DNA of 63,700 bases, the filler included, from Folioceros fuciformis (taxonomy: Eukaryota): NCBI GenBank assembly GCA_049999805.1. It is 13 parts of 13 records of this genome, joined end to end, with 100 filler letters (N's around TTAATTAATTAA, not from the genome) between each part and the next. Parts side by side here need not be neighbours in the genome. Positions count along the whole stretch, not along the records: positions 29,547 to 36,348 come from JBNGIO010004375.1; positions 36,449 to 40,348 come from JBNGIO010004376.1; positions 40,449 to 46,408 come from JBNGIO010004377.1; positions 46,509 to 49,235 come from JBNGIO010004378.1; 9 more parts are not named here. One strand, written 5' to 3'. The notes below the pieces were generated by a model. That model made no database searches. It was not told where the DNA came from and saw nothing but the letters and a program-made list of their open reading frames with translations. Both the position numbers and the translations under genes were made by a program. This document shows, in pieces, positions 35,923-47,378 of the stretch; position 1 is the stretch's first letter, and each line of letters opens with the position of its first letter.

Positions 35923-36448
35923 CCTGACGAGGTTAAAGTAAATGCTTAAACCCTAACGGGCCATAAACTTCGTCACCCCCTCATGATGAAGCAGGCGTGC
36001 AAAGTTGTTGTGTGGCACAAGTGGGAAAATCATGCAAGGAGCATGACAGGCGATCCAACTTCAGGCAAGGACATACATGAAGGCTCAAGGCAAGTTGAAG
36101 ATGGAGCTGGGCGCCTTTCTCTCATGGTACCAAGGCTAAGAATAGCCACTCCAAGGGGAGTTCTGGTTCTTTTGTGTTCTGTTGCAATAAGGAATGGCAC
36201 GCAAGAGGGGTGGCGGCTTGAGTTGCCAGAAGCATCCAGGTGCCAGATACCCGGGCACTGGGAACGACGTGGCTGTAGAAAGAAGAGAGCTAGAGAGCCC
36301 AAAAAGATTGTTAGATCAGAGGCTCATGTTTCATCCAAGGGAGGAGTCNNNNNNNNNNNNNNNNNNNNNNNNNNNNNNNNNNNNNNNNNNNNTTAATTAA
36401 TTAANNNNNNNNNNNNNNNNNNNNNNNNNNNNNNNNNNNNNNNNNNNN

Positions 36449-37589
36449 GGGGCTTGCCCCTAGCTCTTGATTGTAAAGAGTGTGTCTTTCTCTCAACCTG
36501 TCCACTCTTGTTCCTTGCTTGGTCAAGTGCTGTAGGCCGGCCATGTCTCATGGCGTCTGGTAAGGTTGTGGGGAGGAGATACCCAAGAGGGGAGTGTGTT
36601 CCCTTCTTCCTTTTGTTTGGGGTTAGTCTAGTGACTCTTGCCGGGTAGGAGGAGTCCGTAGGGAAGTGTAGAAGGTAGTGGCGTCGTTGCTGGTTGCTGG
36701 TAGTTGTTCGTGTTGGTGCTGGAGTAAGAGAGTGAGTGAAGTGAGTGAGGGAAGTCGCAGATCTGAGAGGTTNNNNNNNNNNNNNNNNNNNNNNNNNNNN
36801 NNNNNNNNNNNNNNNNNNNNNNNNNNNNNNNNNNNNNNNNNNNNNNNNNNNNNNNNNNNNNNNNNNNNNNNNTGCTTGGTCTAGGACCTGCAGTGTGTTG
36901 CCGGCTGTGCAACGTCTGGTAGGATCGCAAGCCGTGTGTTGCCGGTTGTATAGTGTCTGGTAGGATCACAAGGTGTAATGACCAGGGTGTAGGGGCTTGC
37001 CCCTAGCTCTTGATTGTAAAGGGTGTGTCTTTCTCTCAACCTGTCCACTCTTGTTCCTTGCTTGGTCAAGTGCTGTAGGCCGGCCATGTCTCATGGCGTC
37101 TGGTAAGGTTGTGGGGAGGAGATACCCAAGAGGGGAGTGTGTTCCCTTCTTCCTTTTGTTTGGGGTTAGTCTAGTGACTCTTGCCGGGTAGGAGGAGTCA
37201 GTAGGGAAGTGTAGAAGGTAGTGGTGTCGTTGCTGGTTACTGGTAGTTGTTGGTGTTGGTGCTGGAGCGAGAGAGTGAGTGAAGTGAGTGGAGGAAGTTG
37301 CAGATCTGAGAGGTTAGAGTCGTTGTAGTGACTGGAGTAAGTTTGTGGGCACCGAGAGAGGTGCAGCTGACCGCCGGACAGCGAGGCCTGTCCTACGCCT
37401 GATCGGAGCTGGAGGGGAGCCCTCGAATCCATCATCGAGTTGATCAAGTCCGACCCTCCATCCACAGCAGCAAGGAACCCCATCGCTCCTTCGTGGGAAC
37501 GAAACCCAATGTCTCAACGACAGTGGGATAAGTGTGGCCACTAAAGGTGGAACCCGTCGGCAATCAGTGCCCGGGGTTTTGCCTCCACA
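36449..37589. repeat. Long LTR-like repeat ending TCCACA, internally duplicated (36449-36772 = 36992-37313); second locus at 59972-60536
   Basis: Near-identical copies with different flanks after TCCACA. Confidence 0.85.
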
Positions 37590-38905
37590 TCTGGATCCTT
37601 CCCAACCAACCAAGCATTCTGGAAAGGAACCTCAGGGAGATGAAGCTTTGTGGCAAGGAAGTCAGATACAACCTTTTGTGGAGTTCTTGAACCTTGCAAA
37701 CCTATTATCCAAAGGTTAAGTGAGTGCCTCAATCATTCTTGGGATTCCATGATAGTTGCATTGATTGTATTAGAAGGCGAGGCAAACAATCCCTGGGAAT
37801 TGGAAACGTCAAGCGGAGTTGAGGGCTGGACCTATTTCTTGATGAACTTGCTGACCTCTTGTTGCACAATCATTTTTGTCGCGGAGATGTGATATGCAAC
37901 TTCAAGCTTTGAGACCGCCAATCTGCCAGTCATTGTCTTCAGTTCTTTGTGTACAAATTGCTTTAAAGCTGCGCATTTGGCATCCACAGAGGTGGAGGCT
38001 CTTTGCATGATGTCATCCCGTAATATGGGGACATCCTTGTTGAGCATACACTCGGCTGATAACTCCTTCTTCACAGAGTCCATAATGCCCTTCCGCAATT
38101 CTGGGATGTCCGTCTTGAGCATACAAGTTGTGGACAAGTCATTTTGACGGCAATTCATCTGTTCCTCGTGATGTTCTCATAGATTCGATCGAATTTGAGG
38201 GAGATAAAGCTTGGGAACAAATGTCGGCAGCTGCTTCTAGATAGACTTAATCTGGTACCTATTTTGCCTGATATCAACCCATATTATTGGGAATTCCATT
38301 GCATGCACTTGCCTCAAGTCATCAATCTCTTTCTGTTGCGATTGAATTTTATCCTCATACTGTTGCTTTGAATTCTAAAATGTCAACTGGAGTTCTTGTA
38401 ATTCATCCCGAGAGGTCTTTAGGTCTCATTGAAGCTGCTTGATGTCTATCACCAAGGACTTGAACATTCGCTCTAGCTTATATTTGGTCCTTGCCAATTT
38501 GGATATTGGGGCTTGTGACTCAGAGTATGATAAGGAATCTGTAAATACGAGATCCTGCTCAATCGCTTGGGGTCCTGAAGTACTTGCCTTGAACTCGGTA
38601 GTTGGCATATTGAGAAACAAAATTCCTAGATAGCACAAGAAAATCCGACGTCCTAGATGGGACAAGAAAATCCCACAGAAAATCCGTCTTGCAGCTAGAA
38701 CCCCCACATTCCACCAAGTTCGCTGGCCCGTGGCGTCGAGCACAACATGGTGACCACAATGTTTGCAATTTGTTGCCCACAGACTTGGATTGCCACCTCG
38801 CGTTCCGAGTGTTCCCAATGGGTAAGGCCCCGCAATCCATGAATTTCGGCCCCCCGGCAGGTTCAAGCACAACCTTGCAACCACAACCATAGTCTGTAAA
38901 TTCAC
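37590..38905 (-). pseudogene. LINE ORF1p-like relic (long coiled coil + RRM start), cut by the LTR at 37589
   Basis: Heptad-rich segments followed by LNLWIIGL...VVSDFLATKLHL...NAWLVGK, resembling the ORF1p RRM pattern NLRIxGL...AxRVGK; several stops. Confidence 0.6.
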
Positions 38906-38926
38906 CGCTCACAGCCTTAGACTACC

Positions 38927-39157
38927 ACCCTGCCACCCTGCACTCAATCCCGCTACCACCGATCACCTTCCCGCCCTGCACTCAATCTCGCTACCATCGA
39001 TCACCCTATCTCCCTGCACTCAATCCCGCTACCACCGATCACCCTACCGCCTTGCACTCAATCCCGCTACCATCGATCACCCTGCCGCCTTGCACTCAAT
39101 CCCACTACCACCGATCACCCTGCCGCCCTGTACTCAATCCCACTACCACTGATCACA
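38927..39157. repeat. 38-nt tandem repeat, 6 copies
   Basis: (C/T)ACTCAAT at 38941, 38979, 39017, 39055, 39093 and 39131. Confidence 0.93.
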
Positions 39158-40513
39158 ACCACAGATTGCAGCCCCATTACCCCGTGCTCTTGGCAGGCTT
39201 GAATCCCAGCCCTGCCCGTACCGCACCCCTGGCCGGGCTGCCTCCTAGCCGGAGCTCGTAGTCTTGGTCCGGCTCGCTCCTATCTGCAGCGCGCGGTCTT
39301 GGCAGGGGTGGCAACCCAACCCGCATCTCTGCTCTTGGCAGGGGATCGAGATCGAAGGACAAGGATCGAGGGACAAGGTATAGCATAGCAATGGCTGTAG
39401 GAATGGCAAGTAACGTGGGCTAATGCTACCACTAACTCTTACCTAAGTCAGGACTCATCCATTGCCGTCCCTACTACCTACTAGCTCTACTACTACTATC
39501 GCCAGTTAGCTCAGCTACCACGGACCCTACTCTACAACTGCGGTCTTATGAGATGCTTTCCACACTTGCAAACGCCGATCCTTGCAGAACAAGTCCTCAC
39601 GGATCAGCCACACTCCCTCACACACTCACACCAGTCCCATCACACTATGGTGCGCATTCATTTTTCACAAGCCTTGTCTAGAGGTCTCCAATCCTCTAGC
39701 GATGTCCACGAAAGTCATGACCCACCCCGTTGCTATCCATCTCCTTGGCCAGATCCTTCCCTCCAATCATGCCCATCCAAGCAATTGCCCACCTCTTAGA
39801 TCCCACAGCGCTGCAGGAGAGCCCTGCCGCTGTTGTCTAGTCGCTGATTCAGCCGCACCACCGCCCGATGCTAGGCAATCCAGTCCTCCCCGCCGCCGCC
39901 CGTGGATCCGTAATCTAGACCCAAGCCCCGCTGCCGCTGCTGTGGTCCAACCCGCAGCGCCACCACGGTGCTGCGGTGATTTCTTCCCCCCTTCTCCAAC
40001 CCACTCCTTCGCCATCCCGCCTCTTCCTCCATTCAGTGAACAGGCTATGAACGTGGAAGTTTGATAGAGATGAAAACAAAGATGAATTAAGAGAGGATTA
40101 TTTTCTATTTTGAGGGTTATTTTTCTGGATTTAATTCCATAATTCCATTTCAACTCCGTTTCACCTGCTTTCTTTTCCTCTTAGTTCAAGGCCTCCCCCA
40201 GCACCTCGGGGTCAGTCTTCCATGGCCGACGAACCATTTCGGCTGGAAGCTGATTCCGCTGAATAAGCTATTGTTTTCAGGCCAGGTTCCGGCTGCTGAT
40301 CCCACTCCTTCCCACCTCTTCTCTATCTTTCCCATTGCTCATGCTCCTNNNNNNNNNNNNNNNNNNNNNNNNNNNNNNNNNNNNNNNNNNNNTTAATTAA
40401 TTAANNNNNNNNNNNNNNNNNNNNNNNNNNNNNNNNNNNNNNNNNNNNCATCTACACAAGAAAATTGAATTGCTCACTACTACATCCTTACACCACAATA
40501 AACAAAAAATGTC

Positions 40514-41129
40514 TCATGGCCGAAAAGATCTCATTCCTCTTTGTTGTATATCACTCGGAGGTGCAGGTACGTTAGGACAAGTATCTAGCTGAGATGAAGT
40601 AGAAAACTTAAAATAACAATCTTGTACAAGAATGGATCCTTCACTAGGTGTTCCTATGCAAAGGAGATAAAGAAGGCGTTGCCCTATAGTATTCAAACAT
40701 GTTAGACAATCTACCCAAGTCGCCATGGAAACACCGTCTTTGTAGCAAGTAACAACCCCCCAAAACGTAGGACCATTCGGCAACAAGGGAGTTCTGAAAG
40801 ATCTGTAGTGAGGAAGNNNNNNNNNNNNNNNNNNNNNNNNNNNNNNNNNNNNNNNNNNNNNNNNNNNNNNNNNNNNNNNNNNNNNNNNNNNNNNNNNNNN
40901 NNNNNNNNNNNNNNNNGTCCTTAAGTTTCAAAGTAACCATTGTAAGCTCGTTGAATGCTGCTTGAACAAAATCTCTTTCAACTTTTGATGTCAGTGGAGG
41001 CTCTCCACAGTAATGCTCAATTAAGGTTATGATAGGCACTCCCTGACCTTGTAGAGAAGAGAAATAGATTATCAATGGCATTACGTATATAAAGTTGATA
41101 GAATATATAATCTTGGTTTTATTCCTCAT
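40514..41129 (-). CDS. Secreted cysteine-rich DUF26/Gnk2-like protein, paralog 1 (spans N gap 40817-40916)
   Basis: Hydrophobic N-terminus; HYC; GVVTCYKDGVSMATWVDCLTCL...LC...G.ILVQDCYFKFS; clearly paralogous to 42692-43162. Confidence 0.75.
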
Positions 41130-42691
41130 ATTTCTAAGTAATATGAGACACCACTCTTCTTGCCACTAAAACACTAGGAAAACTGACCTTTACGATTTCA
41201 ATTTTGCATTACCATACAAAATTCGTAGATGGTTTTAATGTAAGCGTTGAGACACTTACATTAAAACAAATCACATATTTCTTCCGAAAACAAAAACAAT
41301 TCTACTTCTATGATTTATTCTTGGAGAAAAACAATAATTAACAAAATATAAGCGATATCACATAAAATTCTATCACACAATAAAATATATGTATCAAAGG
41401 TTGGTTCAATATATGTATGTCGAAACATAAATTACTATGCAATGTTCGTTTTGCCTTAGGTTATATTCCTCTTATTGTCATAATTTTTTCATAAAAAATT
41501 GAAAAGAATCTTTTGATTTTTTGTAAAAGAATATTTTAAGTGGAAGAATAATAATTTTAAAATAAAATTCCTTAGAAGTAAGTGAAGTTTTACTTCTTAT
41601 TTTTTTCTAGGGTATATAGGTCCTTTCAAGTTGGTTGGGACTCATTTTTTGGTCACATATTTAAGATTAAATATAAAGTTATATACATAGGTTGGCAAAG
41701 AGAGACGGTGTCAACAACTCTAGTGGTAGGTAGACCTTTTTCTTTTGGATTATGATATTTTAATCTTCTTTTCAATTATGATATTTATATGTGCTATTGG
41801 TAGTCATTAGGTTTCAAAAGGTTGGCCCCTAGTGTCCCTATTATGATTTATCTCCTTCTTTTGATTATGATATTTTATGTGCTATTGGTAGTTTTTAGGT
41901 TTCAAGAGTTAGCCCCTAAGGTCCCAATTATGATTTATCTCCTTTGTAATGGTAGATAGGTAATAAGAGTATCGCCCTATCCCTATTACTCTTCGCCCTC
42001 TTTATCAAGGTACGGACACATTATCGACTATTTTTTTTTAATTCCTGAAATTGACCCATAAATCTCATTGACCATTTTAATCTATCTTATGATTTTGTGG
42101 TCACAAAATAGACACTTTTCAAAAATCTTTGAGAACTTGGTTGTTTGGTTGGATTCACTTCAAGCACATTGTGCCTTACATATAAGAGAAGCCAAGGCAA
42201 GATGGATTGTGGTTTGCATCCTTTTTCACCTATGAGAATTTGTTACTAATATCTCCTCATTTTCCTAATAAAAAAGATAGAGGGATTAATTACTCTTTCT
42301 ACTTTACGCACCTAGTAGAACAAATGTGTGTACTTATCCATTTGTGCATTTTGGGTTTATGGAGCTTTTGGTTGCTAGTATTGTGATGCGATTCTAATCT
42401 CAAACTTATCAAAAACTTATGAGTGACATTAGACAAATGTTTAGTGACATTGCTGCAATAAGATAAGAAAAAAGGCAAGAACTAATGAATGATTCCAGTT
42501 GTGGGCTTACTAATGCGTCTCCTTCCTTTGTTGATAACTCAATGTCTCATACAAGGACATAAAAATTATAATTTTTCATACCTCTAACCTTCTCTCATAG
42601 TAGTTGTTGATTAGTGTAAGCTATTAGCTTACTGGATCAATAAGCTTTTTGAAACTATTAAAATATCTCTAAAGATAAAGGGATTGTAGCT

Positions 42692-43162
42692 TTAAGGTGG
42701 GTCGGGAACATATGGACAACTCTCCAATTCACCCAAAGAATAGTGGATGTAGCAATCCATCACAAGATTTGAACCTGCATGTGGGATTCCTCGACATAGT
42801 TGGTACAACAGCTCCATCTTGATTAGATTCAAGCAATAGAAACAATCAGCCCATTGACTCATAGTGATATGATTCTTGTAACAAGTAACCACACCCACCA
42901 CCTTTGGAATGAATGTCGATTCTGGAGCTATGTAGGCTTCGTAAAATGGTAGACCATTTGGCCTTTCGAATGCTGGTCTAGCATTTTTTATCAGTTGATT
43001 CAATGCAATTGGGATGAACAAGCGAACCGCAGGAGTAGTAACAATTGGGAGCTCACAATTATGGTGAACGCGTTTCATATTAGGTGATGCATTCACTGGA
43101 CTAATGTAACATAGTAGCGATAACATTGAAACGTAGCTATAGATGAGATGGAAGCTTATCAT
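42692..43162 (-). CDS. Secreted cysteine-rich DUF26/Gnk2-like protein, paralog 2 (156 aa from ATG 43162)
   Basis: Signal-peptide-like MISFHLIYSYVSMLSLLCYISPVNA; GVVTC-X12-C-X2-CL...LC...G....DCYIHYS follows the Gnk2 cysteine layout with a longer first loop. Confidence 0.78.
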   Translation of the reverse strand: MISFHLIYSYVSMLSLLCYISPVNASPNMKRVHHNCELPIVTTPAVRLFIPIALNQLIKNARPAFERPNGLPFYEAYIAPESTFIPKVVGVVTCYKNHITMSQWADCFYCLNLIKMELLYQLCRGIPHAGSNLVMDCYIHYSLGELESCPYVPDPP

Positions 43163-43715
43163 TCTTTTGGAGATGTAGACCGTGTTTAGGGATGAAAAGT
43201 AATGGGCGACCTGATGGAAACTGCATTTGTCTCCCGGACTTAGGGTCGTCTCGAAGTTTGTCCAGCATGAACGAGGAATGAGCACCTAGAATCAAACGCA
43301 AGGCTGGCCGGTAGGAAGAGTCCAGCCCGGACAGATACAGGAAGAAAGTATCAAATGAATAATATTGAATGCCTCGGTTTGTTTTTAGCGAATTCACTGT
43401 AGGTTTAATTGTGGAGACGGCTCGAGTCCCGACATCCATGGTGCATCGTCTCCTACTTTGCACTACCTACCCCCGACCTGCCATCAAATTCTGTACTCGT
43501 CCTCAGTCTTGGGTTGTGGGTCTTGAAGGTGCTAGGAAGTGGGAAGGGTCTGCTCCGTTGTCAGATCTCTCAGGCCTCTTTGAAGCAAGTATTTGTAGTT
43601 CGTGTTCACTGCTCTGTTTTGCAGACCTGTGGCAGGGTGCGGGAGGCTTACAGGTGTGCTTGCGATCGTCACTCAAGGAGCTGCTGTTCTCGTTCTGTTT
43701 GATTCACATGTAGTG

Positions 43716-46408
43716 ATGAAGAAGGCCTCTGCGTTGCACGGTAGGGAAGGGCGGCTTGTGCATTGCAATTTTGGTGGTGGTGCAGCCTTGTGGATGTGCG
43801 TGTTGCTCACGATCACTTCGCTGGGAAGCAAGGTCGGTGCAGAACTCTCTCCCGATGGACGGCACCTGCTGAATTTTCTACAAGACAACACTTTAGTTCT
43901 GGACCATAGCTTGGCCTTCGCAAGCTGGAATGCGAGCGAGGATACGCCGTGTGATTGGGTACGGGTATTCTGTAACCCCGAGTCCGCTGTGCGCAGGCTC
44001 GATCTTTCCTCCTGCACTGTGTCGGCGTTGCCCGACCCGGACCCGTCGCTTTCGTTTTTTGTCAGGAATCTCAATCTATCCCAGTTGGGCTATCTTCGAA
44101 GCCTTCAAGAACTGGACATGTCGTCCAACCGTGAAGTGGGTGGCAACGGTGATGACTTCCAGTCCTTGACTGGGCTCACATGGCTGGATCTTTCCGGATC
44201 TTATTTTCGCGTAGGGGGGTATTCAGATATCCTACCCGCCCTTCCCAGCCTCCAGTATCTGCATGCGGACGAGACCGCATGGAGTGGGGTTTTCATCCAG
44301 AGCTTCGGCGGGATGCGGGAGCTGCTGGTGGTCTCTCTTGCAAACAATTTCGAGGGAGACACCATACCTAAGGAAGTGGGGAATCTGACCCAACTCAAGA
44401 ACCTGGATCTGTCTAGTAATTCCTTCATTGGAGGGATCCCCAGTTTGGAGGGACTTACACGCCTCACCCAACTCTCTATACGCAGGAACCAGCTTAGCGG
44501 GGATGTTCCCACTGCACCCAATCTGCAATACCTGGACGCGGCTGAAAACAATCTCTCGAGCTTGACGCATTCCTTCTTCCAGATGTCCGCTCTGAAGCAG
44601 GTGAATCTTTCCCGGAATCAATTTGTGGGACAACTACCGGACATGAGGCTCAAGCTCAAGCTTCTTGATGTGTTGGATCTGTCCTGGAACGGTCTGCAGG
44701 GTCCCATCCCGTCCGGATTGGGGAACGTGACGCACCTGGACCTGTCTCACAACAACTTGTCTGGCCCCATCCCTCAGGATATCCGTACTTACCCCCTCTC
44801 GAATGTGTACGGATCGGTAGATCTTTCTGGGAATGCGCTGAATGGCAGCATTCCTGCCAGTTTGCTATATGGAGCACACTTCCTGAATCTTTCAAGAAAT
44901 TCTCTGGCTGGCAACATACCAGGTGCTCCGGGAGGTTTGGAGGTTGGACTATACGGTCATGTTGATCTGAGTGACAATCAGCTTGATGGCCCTCTTACTC
45001 TCTCTTTCCTCAGACTTGCTCCACGAGTGCTGTGGCTTCAAAACAACAGCTTCTCTGGTGACTTGATCATCCCTCTCACCCAGGCTTCGATGTACAACTT
45101 CAATCCCAATACTATCCGAGTACAAGGCAACAGTTTCACTGGGGACATCACTCAGTTGCTGAGCAACTCTGGGATGCGGCTGCATTCCTATCTCATGACA
45201 GTTTTTGACTTGAGCCACAACCGTTTGAACATGACACCTTCACACGAGTTCCCCGATCCTTTGCGGAGCCTGCTGGACATGTTCTGTGGGGATAAGGCAC
45301 CTATAATGGAATTTCGGCTGGCAGGCAGCGATCTCATGGGCCAACAATTTCCGGATAGCTTCCAATGTCCCACCCTGCTCCGATTCCTCCAGATCTTGGA
45401 TCTTGCGTCTTTGCAACATGAGCGGACCATTTCCACCTTACGCGTTTCCAATGTCGAGTCCAGCCTGACGTTTCTCAACATGTCCAACAACAGGCTGTCT
45501 GGACCCCTTCCTGAAATGTTACCCGACACCATCACCGTACTGGATCTGAGTAACAACAATTTGGTTTCCGAGGGAGGGATGCCACCTGACCTTTTTACAG
45601 GGCTCCGAAACTTGGTGCATTTCAATGCATCCACCAACAGGCTATCCGGCCCCATTCCAGGAACCTTTCCTCCCACTCTCCGAGTCTTGGACCTTAGCCA
45701 CAACAATCTGACAGGACCGATACCCGGTAATGTTTTCTATGCTTTTCTTCACTTGGAATACATCAACCTGTCAGGCAACAATCTCTCAGGAGTCCTTCCA
45801 GACGACCTGTCTCCGGCTGTCTTTAACGCACGCTCCTTTGCGGACAATCCGGGACTCTGCGGCGGACCTCTTCCCGCGTGTGCCCCCCCAACCCCTCTAC
45901 CTCCTACCAGTCGGATCAATGTGCGGCTGCTTGTGGCAGTAGTAGTTGTCGCTGTATTGGTTTCTACGGGAAGTTGCTTGCTCCTGGTCTGGACATGGAG
46001 AGTGTACTCCAAAAAGCACCAGCAAGATGCGGACTTGATTGCCACGCTGCTGGAGAGGGAAACGGTGACAGTGATGCCCCTTCGCCAGCTCCGCAGACCC
46101 ACCTCCAACTTTTCAGAGTCGGCCCAGATTGGAGTGGGCGGCTTCGGCACAGTCTACACTGGCAAGCTCGCTGACGGCACACGGGTAGCCATCAAGAAGG
46201 GCAAGCGGGAGGGCTCCCCCGAGTACAAGCAGCAGTTTCTCAACGAGGTCAAGATTCTGTCCGGAGTGAATCACAGGCACTTGGTGAAGCTGCTGGGCTG
46301 TTCCATGGAGAACAAAATCGCTCTCCTCGTCTTCGAGTTTGTCCCCAACGGCACACTGCTGGAACATCTCCAGGGGAAAAGAGAAGGATTTTCCCCGCTC
46401 ACTTGGAG
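43716..46408 (+). CDS. Leucine-rich repeat receptor-like kinase, intronless, 3'-partial
   Basis: Signal region; N-cap SWNASEDTPCDWVRVFC; ~20 plant LRRs (LxxLDLSxNxLSGPIP); C-cap FADNPGLCGGPLPAC; TM VRLLVAVVVVAVLVSTGSCLLLVW; kinase IGVGGFGTVY, VAIKK, NHRHLVKLLGC. Confidence 0.96.
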
Positions 46409-47052
46409 NNNNNNNNNNNNNNNNNNNNNNNNNNNNNNNNNNNNNNNNNNNNTTAATTAATTAANNNNNNNNNNNNNNNNNNNNNNNNNNNNNNNNNNNN
46501 NNNNNNNNTATTGCCTCCAAATTTTATACCAAACCATCTTTGTCTTAGCATCGTACTAACTCCATGGATGCTTTCCTAGATACAACTCCCATCACTTTCT
46601 CTAGTGCTTGAGTTCCCTTGCCAAAACTTCATTGCTTTGACATCCCTCCAATCCAAGGGGTTTGGTAATAGATGGCATTGAGCACCCTAACATGAGACAT
46701 GAAACACAAGGGCACCAAAAAGCTTGTAGATACATGCATTTAAAACTTGTAGTTTCCATCTACAAATATACGCATAAATATATATGGACAAAAAAAAGCC
46801 TTGAACCCATTCCCTTCCCCTNNNNNNNNNNNNNNNNNNNNNNNNNNNNNNNNNNNNNNNNNNNNNNNNNNNNNNNNNNNNNNNNNNNNNNNNNNNNNNN
46901 NNNNNNNNNNNNNNNNNNNNNAAAAATTGCTTTCTTGCCTTCTAGACTAAGAAGGCGGGGGTATTTTCCATGATTGAAAAAGAGATGGAAAGTCCCATCT
47001 ACTCCAAAGATTGGAGGAACAACCCCATTAGAGCCAAAGGCAAAAAGAGGTA

Positions 47053-47378
47053 TGTGGACTCCACATCCTGAATAGGTCCTTGGAAAATGGTAGGATATCT
47101 CTTTTTGGGAATCTCTAAGTGAACCCTGTGGTGAAATAGTTAGAAGATTAGTAAAGATTAGTAGCTAGATTAATGGGGAGGTGAGATGTGTCTTTGAAGG
47201 GTTGCTGGAATGATCTGAAAGAAGGGATGGAATGATTTGAGAGAGGAGGGAGAGGGTTGAGAGGCACTGACCATTTTGGTAGTCTTGAGAGGTTGGTCAA
47301 TTTTGGTAAGGGCACCCAGTGGTGTCCATGGGACACAACCCCTTTCAGGTCAAAACTAGGTTTGGGTCAAAGTTAGGG
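47053..47378 (+). repeat. 5' part of a gypsy LTR (TGTGGACTCCACA...), target of an inverted same-family insertion
   Basis: Near-perfect reverse complement of ~48352-48676. Confidence 0.88.

Noticed and set aside
18196-46408. SCPL, sHSP and RLK genes as one stress-gene cluster
   Set aside because: They lie on different scaffolds separated by artificial linkers.
46509-46680. Possible hAT-type zinc-finger relic (HPWS*YDAKTKMVWYKIW, minus strand)
   Set aside because: Too short and degenerate.
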